From NCBI GenBank assembly GCA_026395615.1, contig JAPLYH010000051.1, positions 6,318 through 56,564 on the forward strand: a stretch of 50,247 bases of DNA. Reading direction: 5' to 3'. Below are positions 26,855 through 33,839 of the stretch, piece by piece. Position 1 is the stretch's first letter; each line of letters opens with the position of its first letter. The stretch is from Candidatus Parcubacteria bacterium. Lineage in GTDB: Bacteria; Patescibacteriota; Minisyncoccia; Minisyncoccales; PEYH01. The notes under the pieces were generated by a model. It was not told where the DNA came from, ran no database searches, and saw nothing but the letters and a program-made list of their open reading frames with translations. Position numbers and translations under genes: made by a program.

Positions 26855-29429
26855 TTAATCTAATATCTTAATTTTAAATTTCTTAGAATCTATTTGAATC
26901 CTGTCCCCTTTTTTAACTTCATCTTTCAACAGCGCTTCTGCTAAAACATTTTCCACATTATCTTGAATCACTCTCTTCAAATTTCTAGCTCCAAAAGTTA
27001 TATCATACCCAAGCTCAACAATTTTTTCTTTGAGCTCTTCTGTAATTATAAACTCAATATTCTTTTCTATCAACCCTTGTTGAATACTCTTAAGCATCAA
27101 TTGGGCAATATCTAAAAGATTTTCCTTGGTTAATGGCTTGAATAAAACCACTGCGTCAAATCTGTTTATAAACTCCGGACGAAATGTTTTTTCGTCAAAA
27201 AGTCTATTCAATAATTTTTCTTTTACAACGGAAAAATCCAAATTATTCCTAAGAGCATCTAAGATGACCTCATATCCAGCGTTGGAAGTTGCAATAATAA
27301 TAGTATTCTTAAAATCTACTTTTCTGCCCAAACCATCAGTGATATGGCCATCATCCAATACCTGCAAAAATAGATTCAAAATATTTGGATGGGCTTTCTC
27401 AATTTCATCCAACAAAACCAAGGAAAAAGGGTCTTCCCTGACAGGTGTTGTCAATAACCCTTCCTCTCCGGAAGAACCCATCAGGCGAGGAATATCTTCC
27501 TGGGACTGAAACTCCGACATATCAAGACGAATCATTTTTTCCTCTGAACCGAAATATATTTCAGCCAAAGCTTTTGATGTTTCTGTTTTTCCGACACCAG
27601 TAGGTCCTAAAAATAGAAATCCGCCCATAGGGCCTTTCCTTTCTTTTAATTTAGCTCTGGCACGACGCAAAGAAGTAGAAACTTCTCTCACCGCCTCTTC
27701 TTGATTTATGATTCTCTGATGAATAAGGTCCTCTAAATTAAGCAAAATCTCTTTTTCTTTTGTTTCAATTTTCCCAACAGGAATCTCTGTTTTGCGCGCA
27801 ACTATCCTATCTATATCTTCGGGTAAAACCCATTTACCTCTAACATTATCTGTTTTTATCATCGCTTCTTCTAAAACATTGATCGCTTTCTTGGGAAATG
27901 GCACATCAGCAATATATCTGCCAGTTAATTCAACAACTTGTCCTATGGCGGGATAAGTTATAAATCTATTGTATTTAGCTTCCAACCTGGGAGCTAATCT
28001 TTGCAAAATACGAATTGTTTCTTGCGGACTAGGTTCTTTAACTTCCACTTTTGAAAATAAATTTAAAACTGTCGGATTCTCTTCAATTTGTTTATGAAGA
28101 CCGGTATAACTCGCGATAGCTATAATTTTAAATTCAGCAAATTTTAGATAAGTAGCAAGAATTCCAGTTATATCAATTTTACCTGGGCCTATTTCGCCTC
28201 CGACAAAATTATGAAAATCGTCAATAACCAATATGACATTTTTTGCATTTATAACCTCTTTAAAAATTTTATCCAAAGTATCTTCAACTTGGTCCATGTT
28301 CTGCGTCTGGGCAAGCAACTGGGGAATTTGTAATTCTAAAACTCTATTGTAATTAACCGCTAAATAACTCTGACCCTTATTGCTCTTTATTAACTGCTAA
28401 ATAACTCTGACCCTTATTGCTCTTTATAGCTACGGCCTTAATAATATTTTCTATCCCTACTCCCGGCTCCCCGACCAAAAGAACATTATTCACTTCCGGG
28501 CTTGATAAAATTCTTTCAACCTGCTCTATTTCTTTTTCGTATCCAATAACGGTTTGCATTCCCTCGCTCAAAACTAATTGATTATAATCAATGGAATATT
28601 CATCTAAAGTAATTGTGTAGCTACTAGACCAACTCCTGCCTATACTCCCCTTTCGGCTTAAATTATCATAATCCCAAAATCTTTTCTTTTGTTTTTTTAT
28701 TTCCTCTCCCTCCTCCCACCACAGCACGGAGTTTCTGACATCGTCCGGCCTTAAATCCGCATCTAATAAAAATGCTCCCACTACTGGTTCATTTTTAGCT
28801 AAAGCCAAAAACATATCTCCTGGTTCAATATATTTATGTTTTTTAGCTTGAGATATTTCTAAAGCATCTTTAATCGCTTGCTCAAATTTTAAAGAATATA
28901 TACCCCGGCTAAATGCGTCTTGGACTTTTTGAACGGGTAAATTTTCTTCTAATTTGTGTTCTAATGACTTTATATCTAATAATAGGCGTAAAAGAATAAA
29001 ATTTAACTTGGGATTTTCTTTTAAAAGAAAATAGAGAAAGGCAGTTGCGCCTATCGGGAAAATATTTTTTCTTTTTGAAAATCTGATTGTGCTATCAAGA
29101 GCTCTTGCCGTATCTATGCTTAAAAATTCCGCTAAATTTACAACTGGCGTCATTTCTGGTACATCCGGATAAAAAAGCTTATTTTTGACAAAACTGACTA
29201 TTAAAAAACAAACAATACTAATTCCAAAGAATACCAAACCAAATCCCAATAAGAAATTGTATTCATTACTAGGCCCTGTTCCTAAGCTGCCGAATATGAA
29301 AAGTAGAACAAAACAAATTGAAACAATTAAAAAAACAATTTTAAACAACGATATTGCTGAAATAGCGAGCCCGCTTGAAATCCTCGTTGCCTTGAATATT
29401 CCTGTTTTTTGAAAATCAAAATTAAACAT
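26855..29429 (-). pseudogene. membrane-anchored Clp/Hsp100-type double-AAA+ protein, interrupted by a 37-bp tandem duplication
   Basis: The upstream ORF has 2 TM helices, Clp-N-like repeats and a degenerate Walker A, GEPGVGIENII. The downstream ORF has ILVIDDFH, an intact NBD2 (GPTGVGKTETSKALA, LVLLDEIEKAH) and sensor FRPEFINRFD. Removing one 37-bp copy joins ...SYLAVNYNRVLELQIPQLLAQTQNMDQVE... in frame. Confidence 0.75.
28354..28427. repeat. 37-bp tandem duplication (2 copies, 1 mismatch)
   Basis: taaccgctaaataactctgacccttattgctctttat at 28354-28390 and taactgctaa... at 28391-28427. Confidence 0.95.
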
Positions 29430-29812
29430 CAGAATAAAAATTTAATGCCAAAAGCAAAAAGGGCGATTATTATAACTGGCAAAAAAATCCAGCTTAAAAA
29501 TACAATCGCTCCGATTAAAAAAATAAAAACCTCAAATATCAAACCAACAAGAATAAGAACACTCCTTATAATCGCTCCCAATACTCTGGAAAAACTATTG
29601 GAAATAAATGTCTCGGCATATCTGGAAACGCTAAATCCCCTGCCATAATCCCATTGATAACTATGCCAAGGCGCTAAAAATGTTCTCAAAAGAGCGCCAA
29701 CTGAAAAGAAGCTTAAATAAAAGCGGAGGTAATTTTTCCACGCCTTGCCGAGTTCTTTGGGCACATCGTGAAAGTGCCAAATAAAATATTGAATAATAAC
29801 ATTTTGGCTCAT
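29429..29812 (-). CDS. small polytopic membrane protein
   Basis: 127 aa with 3-4 hydrophobic helices. Its stop overlaps the start of the Clp-like gene. Confidence 0.6.
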   Translation of the reverse strand: MSQNVIIQYFIWHFHDVPKELGKAWKNYLRFYLSFFSVGALLRTFLAPWHSYQWDYGRGFSVSRYAETFISNSFSRVLGAIIRSVLILVGLIFEVFIFLIGAIVFLSWIFLPVIIIALFAFGIKFLF

Positions 29813-29836
29813 TGGATAATTTTACCAAAATTATCC

Positions 29837-29870
29837 AAAAACAACAAAGCCACAGACCGTAGACCTGTGG
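29837..29870 (-). terminator. intrinsic terminator closing the island C transcript
   Basis: Minus strand reads ccacag-gtctacggt-ctgtgg followed by ctttgttgttttt. Confidence 0.6.
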
Positions 29871-30272
29871 ATTAATATTTTGATGCTTATTTAAAAAGGG
29901 AAAGCGAGAGCTTCTTCTAGCGCGAAACTTCCCCCTTGACCACTTTTACGGCTTGTGCAGCTAACGCGTGGTCAACTAGTATCTCGCTAGAATCAGCTCT
30001 CGCTTGTGGACCTCTGAATCCTGCAATTGGGTTTGTGCGGACCCACCAAGATCCTACTCTATCCTAGAAAAGGACAGAGGGGGCTATTCACAGTCACTAG
30101 AACGAGCATCAAACTCATCACTGAGTAGCTCTACTAGCCGTGTAAACCCCGGATTGATCGCGACAGCAACCTGTTTAGTACGAGAGGTACGCCCTGGGGT
30201 GCATGGGGATGGCACCCACAGTTCTCGCCCTTCTTAAACTTGGACAATTCGCCATTGCCCACCTCCTCCTTA
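29871..30272 (-). ncRNA. candidate structured RNA or dual-function transcript (island C), unassigned
   Basis: GC-rich block between a predicted promoter and terminator. It has a 100-nt hairpin (29904-29922 pairing 29985-30003) enclosing the helix 29936-29943/29968-29975. Only a 26-codon ORF lies at its 5' end. Confidence 0.4.
30175..30255 (-). CDS. possible 26-aa basic peptide at the 5' end of island C
   Basis: ATG lies 5-9 nt after AAGGAGGAGGTG. The peptide is MANCPSLRRARTVGAIPMHPRAYLSY. The only support is the ribosome-binding site. Confidence 0.3.
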   Translation of the reverse strand: MANCPSLRRARTVGAIPMHPRAYLSY

Positions 30273-30278
30273 ATTCAC

Positions 30279-30307
30279 ATTGTACACCCAACCTTGAAAA
30301 ATGTCAA
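30279..30307 (-). promoter_or_regulatory. near-consensus sigma70 promoter of island C
   Basis: Minus strand reads TTGACA (30307-30302), 17 nt, TACAAT (30284-30279). Confidence 0.6.
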
Positions 30308-30309
30308 GC

Positions 30310-30339
30310 AAAAAACCGCTTTCGAAAAAGCGATTTTTT
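30310..30339 (-). terminator. hairpin terminator after tRNA-Val
   Basis: cgcttt-cgaa-aaagcg flanked by A and T runs. It abuts the -35 box of island C. Confidence 0.6.
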
Positions 30340-30370
30340 GTGCCTGCACTGCGTAGCCTTAGCGAAGCAG

Positions 30371-30444
30371 TGGGCGTAGATGGACTCGAACCATCGACCT
30401 CTATCGTGTGAGGATAGCGCTCTAACCAACTGAGCCATACGCCC
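30371..30444 (-). tRNA. tRNA-Val (anticodon CAC)
   Basis: Manual cloverleaf: acceptor GGGCGTA/TACGCCC, anticodon stem CTATC/GATAG with loop CTCACAC, T-arm GATGG-TTCGAGT-CCATC. Confidence 0.9.
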
Positions 30445-30497
30445 CTTTGTTTATCCTACTACTTTAAACTTTGCCAGTAAAGATATAGAATAAGGCT

Positions 30498-31277
30498 ATG
30501 CAAGTGTTTGATTACCATATTAATCCGAAATCAAAAAAGGGTTTAATATTTAAAACCTTTTATTTCCAACCGGAAAATAGCAATGAAAAACCATTAGGTA
30601 ATTTATGCATTGTCGGAGAATTTTCCGATTCTCTTTCAAAAGATAAAAAAGTTTTAGAGGATTTAAGTAATATTATTAAAGAAGAATTTTTTTCTGACCC
30701 TCATAAAACGCCAGCAGAAGGGTTAAAATCAGCGCTTAAAAAAGGAAACCAATTTTTAGAAGAATTATCTCTTCAGGGAAACGTCAGATGGCTTGGGAAT
30801 TTAAGTATCGCCGTTATTGCTATTAAAGATTTTGATATTCATTTTTCCAAGGCAGGAAATGTTAAATTACTTCTTTTGAGAAGCGGAGAATATCATGATA
30901 TCGGAGAAAATTTAGAATTCCAGAAACAATCTCCTGATAAATCAACCCAAATATTCTCAAATATTGCTTCTGGAAACTTAACAGATAGAGATAGGATTTT
31001 TATTCTCACTCAAGATATATTTGAATTTTTTCATTTGCGCTTAGCAAGCAGGATATCAGATCTTCCAATCGCCACTCCGAAAATAATCTCTGCTTTCCTA
31101 AAGGAAAATAAAAACGAGATGAAAGAATATTCCGGAGCAATGCTAGTAATAACAATCAATAGAAAAGGAATTAAAAAACATTGGTTTCGTTTTTTAAAAA
31201 ATCCTTTAGGCAAAAAAATAGCTTTAATCGTTTCTTTGATTATTATTTTACTTTTGTCTTGCTGGATATTTAGATAG
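30498..31277 (+). CDS. hypothetical protein with C-terminal TM; weak, degenerate PPM/SpoIIE-like pattern
   Basis: 259 aa. ...FSKAGNVKLLLLRSGEYHDIG... and ...DRDRIFILTQDIFEFF loosely recall PP2C-type folds. C-terminal helix is IALIVSLIIILLLSCWIF. Confidence 0.5.
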   Translation: MQVFDYHINPKSKKGLIFKTFYFQPENSNEKPLGNLCIVGEFSDSLSKDKKVLEDLSNIIKEEFFSDPHKTPAEGLKSALKKGNQFLEELSLQGNVRWLGNLSIAVIAIKDFDIHFSKAGNVKLLLLRSGEYHDIGENLEFQKQSPDKSTQIFSNIASGNLTDRDRIFILTQDIFEFFHLRLASRISDLPIATPKIISAFLKENKNEMKEYSGAMLVITINRKGIKKHWFRFLKNPLGKKIALIVSLIIILLLSCWIFR

Positions 31278-31296
31278 TTTGCTCCTCAAAGAAATA

Positions 31297-31321
31297 CAAA
31301 AAACCCTTTCAAGGGTTTTTT
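31297..31321. terminator. bidirectional hairpin terminator between convergent genes
   Basis: aaaaaaccctt-tc-aagggtttttt. Confidence 0.65.
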
Positions 31322-31337
31322 GCTTCTTTTAAATTTC

Positions 31338-31766
31338 TTACTTTAGTTCTATTGTCGCTCCCGCTGCTTCAAATTTCTTTTTAACATCTTCTGCTTCTTC
31401 TTTCTTGGCTTTTTCTTTTATAACCTGAGGTTCAGCAGCTGCTGCATCAACTAAATCTTTAGCTTCCTTTAATCCTTTAGCTGTTGCATCTCTTACTGCC
31501 TTGATAACATCAATCTTTTTATCCCCTACTGTTTTCAAAATAACATCATACTCTGATTTTTCTTCTACTCCTGCTGCAGCATTTGCTGCTGGAGCTGCCA
31601 TCATAGCTACTGGCGCAGCTGCGCTGACTCCAAACTTCTTTTCAAGCACTTTGACCAGTTCCGCTAAATCAACGACTTTCATATCTTCAATTTCCTTGAC
31701 AATTTTAGCGAATTTTTCTGGAACTACTATTTCTTCTTTTTTATCCTCTTTAATATCTTCTGCCAT
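31338..31766 (-). CDS. rplL: 50S ribosomal protein L7/L12
   Basis: Ala-rich hinge and a C-terminal domain [24 protein letters not shown]...[14 protein letters not shown]. Confidence 0.95.
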   Translation of the reverse strand: MAEDIKEDKKEEIVVPEKFAKIVKEIEDMKVVDLAELVKVLEKKFGVSAAAPVAMMAAPAANAAAGVEEKSEYDVILKTVGDKKIDVIKAVRDATAKGLKEAKDLVDAAAAEPQVIKEKAKKEEAEDVKKKFEAAGATIELK

Positions 31767-31804
31767 AGTTTTATAAAATTAATTATATTTAATATTCTTT
31801 ATTA

Positions 31805-32332
31805 TTATTTTTCTGCAATTGCCCCAAGGGCATAAACCAGACCTTTAATATTTTCTCTCTGCACAGTCACAAACCCTGAAATCGGCGCAGAAAGCGTTCC
31901 TACTAATTTTGCGAAAAGTTCTTGTTTTGACGGTAATTGGGCTAATACGATAACATCCTCTGCTGACATGAATTCGCTTTTTATTCCATCAGAAATATAT
32001 CCGCCAATAAGCTTTAACTTGTTCTGTTCTTGTGAAAACTGATAAGCGGTTTTTACTGGAGCTATTTCATCCTCAAACCCAAAAATTAATGCTACTTCAT
32101 TTCCTAATTTTTCTTTAGGAAGATCAATATTTTTTTCCTTAAAAGCAAGCTGAGCCAATGTTTTCTTAACTACTATAAACTTTGCTCCTGCTTGTTTTAA
32201 TTTTTTTCTTAAATTAACCAAATCGCCGAATTTTAAACCAGAAAAATTGACAAAAACTATTGATTTTTGTTTTTCAAGGTTTTCTTTTACGGTTTCTATT
32301 ATTTGTTTCTTTTTTTGTTTTGTTAATGGCAT
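31805..32332 (-). CDS. rplJ: 50S ribosomal protein L10
   Basis: 175 aa lying immediately upstream of rplL, with L10-like FVNFSGLKFGDLVNLRKKLKQAGAKFIVVKKTL. Confidence 0.9.
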   Translation of the reverse strand: MPLTKQKKKQIIETVKENLEKQKSIVFVNFSGLKFGDLVNLRKKLKQAGAKFIVVKKTLAQLAFKEKNIDLPKEKLGNEVALIFGFEDEIAPVKTAYQFSQEQNKLKLIGGYISDGIKSEFMSAEDVIVLAQLPSKQELFAKLVGTLSAPISGFVTVQRENIKGLVYALGAIAEK

Positions 32333-32468
32333 ATGTTTAAAAAAATAAATTGTCTCCGGAATTACCGCAGACCAAATAATTTAAATGACAACTGTCATTA
32401 ACTATCTACCTCGATGGGATTTATCCGCAAGCGGACCCATTGTCTACGGCTTCACTTTTTTAATTACG
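32333..32468 (-). promoter_or_regulatory. structured 5' leader of rplJ (possible L10-leader-type autoregulatory element)
   Basis: About 135 nt between the predicted TSS and the ATG carry three hairpins: atggg-tccgcttgcgga-taaa-cccat, aatgaca-gt-tgtcatt and gtctgcgg-taat-tccggagac. The family assignment is not verifiable by eye. Confidence 0.3.
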
Positions 32469-32473
32469 ATATC

Positions 32474-32501
32474 AGTATATATTTTTAAAAAATCTTGTCA
32501 A
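32474..32501 (-). promoter_or_regulatory. sigma70-like promoter of rplJ-rplL
   Basis: Minus strand reads TTGACA (32501-32496), 16 nt, TATACT (32479-32474). Confidence 0.55.
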
Positions 32502-32516
32502 GTCCATTGGAGCCCC

Positions 32517-32541
32517 ATTACGATGCCGGGTGGCGTAATTT
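32517..32541 (+). repeat. R element core (copy R3), left boundary of island D
   Basis: attacgatgccgggtggcgtaattt is identical over 25 nt to 33157-33181. Confidence 0.9.
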
Positions 32542-32554
32542 ATATAATTTATAT

Positions 32555-32599
32555 TTTAAAAGAAGTAGCGGGGACGCACACCGTGTGCACATCCCCGCT
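32555..32599 (-). terminator. intrinsic terminator of island D
   Basis: Minus strand reads agcgggga-tgt-gcaca-cgg-tgtgc-g-tccccgct followed by acttctttt. Confidence 0.65.
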
Positions 32600-32662
32600 C
32601 ATGTTCCGCCGCTCAATTACTCTAGTAGTTTCGCGAACTACTTCGTCAAATCTCGCAGTACG

Positions 32663-32872
32663 CTACGCCTTAGCCGTACAACGAGCCTCGGCCTTGATGC
32701 CGCAGCAACGAGCGACAGAATCCCCGAGATCACAATGCGAGACCTGCCGAACGCAACCGCTTCGCAGTTGAGCCTTAGCAGCTCGCATCTGATCGATCAA
32801 ACCACGTACACAACCCGGACCTGCTCGGATATTCATCGCCGATCTACCTCCTGAAAAAAGCTGCCGGATCAT
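32663..32872 (-). CDS. small Cys-rich protein (69 aa), island D gene 2
   Basis: GGGAGG lies 6 nt before the ATG. The product MIRQLFSGGRSAMNIRAGPGCVRGLIDQMRAAKAQLRSGCVRQVSHCDLGDSVARCCGIKAEARCTAKA has 7 Cys. First codon positions are G-rich, which is coding-like. Confidence 0.4.
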   Translation of the reverse strand: MIRQLFSGGRSAMNIRAGPGCVRGLIDQMRAAKAQLRSGCVRQVSHCDLGDSVARCCGIKAEARCTAKA

Positions 32873-32896
32873 AGTGCGCCTCCCATCGACGAGGGT

Positions 32897-33067
32897 CTAG
32901 GCCACCAGTCCAGCAACACAGCTCGTCGTTCGGGTCGTCTGAGTGGAAACGCCTCGGCTCATAGTGATCTTCATCACTGCCTTGTCGCTTCCAGCTCCAG
33001 CTTCACGTCCTGGCGTTGTCCGCATCGCAAACAACACAGGACTCGCTCGCGAGCCGTAGTTTCGCAT
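32897..33067 (-). CDS. possible 56-aa protein, island D gene 1
   Basis: GAAGGAGG (33075-33082) lies 7 nt before the ATG at 33067. The product is MRNYGSRASPVLFAMRTTPGREAGAGSDKAVMKITMSRGVSTQTTRTTSCVAGLVA. About 70 percent of first codon positions are purines. It is below the track's length cutoff. Confidence 0.3.
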   Translation of the reverse strand: MRNYGSRASPVLFAMRTTPGREAGAGSDKAVMKITMSRGVSTQTTRTTSCVAGLVA

Positions 33068-33109
33068 TATCTATCCTCCTTCGCCATAGAGAATCTCTTG
33101 GCTATTTTT

Positions 33110-33138
33110 ATAATACAAAAAATGACCCTTTGGGTCAA
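33110..33138 (-). promoter_or_regulatory. sigma70-like promoter of island D
   Basis: Minus strand reads TTGACC (33138-33133), 17 nt, TATTAT (33115-33110). Confidence 0.55.
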
Positions 33139-33155
33139 TATTTGTTCGATTTGTG

Positions 33156-33181
33156 AATTACGATGCCGGGTGGCGTAATTT
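33156..33181 (+). repeat. R element core (copy R4), right boundary of island D
   Basis: aattacgatgccgggtggcgtaattt starts one base after the DJ-1-family stop codon. Confidence 0.9.
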
Positions 33182-33709
33182 TTAAAGAGTGTGTAATTTT
33201 TCAATAATAGCCCGACTGAATTCATTAACAGCGGATGGGCCGTTGGCAGTAATAATGTTTCCATCACAAACTACTGGTTTATCAACATATTCCGCTCCAT
33301 TTTCTTGCAAAACTTTAATTGGTTTTTTATCCATTACACTTGACCAGATTGTCGCCTTCCTCCCTTGTAGAACACCCGCTGTTGCCAATATTGCCGGGGC
33401 AATACAAATTGCTGCCAATAATTTTTCCTGTTTAACCATTTCTTGAATAATATTTAAAACTTTCTCATCATCAATATATTTATAAGCTCCTGGGCCACCG
33501 ACAAACATTATTGCATCAAATTCAGATATATTTATTTCATCAAGCACAATATCTATATCTGCTTCTCCCCCGCTTCCGCCAATCGCTGTGCCTTTTTGTG
33601 AACTAACTGTACTCACTTCAAAACCAGCATTTATAAAAGCTTGTTTCGGAATAAAATATTCCTCATCCCGAAAATTTCTAAAAGCTATTATTATCGCAAT
33701 TTTCATCAC
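33182..33709 (-). CDS. DJ-1/PfpI family protein
   Basis: 175 aa with nucleophile-elbow Cys in LLAAICIAPAILATAG, plus DAIMFVGGPG. Confidence 0.85.
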   Translation of the reverse strand: MMKIAIIIAFRNFRDEEYFIPKQAFINAGFEVSTVSSQKGTAIGGSGGEADIDIVLDEINISEFDAIMFVGGPGAYKYIDDEKVLNIIQEMVKQEKLLAAICIAPAILATAGVLQGRKATIWSSVMDKKPIKVLQENGAEYVDKPVVCDGNIITANGPSAVNEFSRAIIEKLHTL

Positions 33710-33740
33710 AAAAAACTTCTAATTAATACGAGATTAAAAT

Positions 33741-33769
33741 ATTATAACACAAAATCTAATTTCTGTCCC
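33741..33769 (-). promoter_or_regulatory. promoter-like pair carried by R5, upstream of the DJ-1-family gene
   Basis: Minus strand reads GGGACA (33769-33764), 17 nt, TATAAT (33746-33741), 32 nt before the ATG. Confidence 0.5.
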
Positions 33770-33791
33770 ACGCCACCCGGCATCGTAATTT
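33759..33791 (-). repeat. R element, long variant (copy R5)
   Basis: Minus strand reads aaattacgatgccgggtggcgtgggacagaaat. Truncated left arms aaactacgatgg (33793-33804) and aaaattacgcgg (33825-33836) lie beside it. Confidence 0.85.
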
Positions 33792-33839
33792 GCCATCGTA
33801 GTTTATTTCAGATCGCCTAATTTTCCGCGTAATTTTCTT

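Noticed and set aside
29918-30195. rRNA-like strings occur on the plus strand of island C. AGTACGAGAGG resembles the 23S sarcin-ricin loop, CTAGCGCGAAACTT and AGCTAAC resemble the 23S 3' domain, and ACCTCCTCCTTA resembles the 16S 3' end.
   Set aside because: The matches are only about 11-mers and are not colinear with 23S order. Matches of that length to a 3-kb rRNA are expected by chance in a 400-nt GC-rich block. The anti-SD-like string is simply the complement of the minus-strand RBS. No rRNA gene or fragment can be supported.
30004-30237. Plus-strand ORFs across island C (30004-30237) and island D (32385-32771, 32495-32854).
   Set aside because: There are no promoter or RBS signals on that strand. 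The Ser/Thr/Leu-rich antisense-type composition is uninformative, and the signals on the minus strand are much stronger.
29837-30307. Island C as RNase P RNA, tmRNA, SRP RNA or 6S RNA.
   Set aside because: Neither strand has a GAGGAAAGUCC / ACAGAA..GGCUUA P4 pair, a tRNA-like GGUUCGA T-arm with a CCA end and tag ORF, or a GGAA/GNRA-capped SRP domain IV. The size and shape do not fit 6S RNA.
13506-33791. The R-element copies as a CRISPR array.
   Set aside because: The copies are scattered over 20 kb in both orientations with irregular spacing. At most two are near each other, and there are no cas genes.
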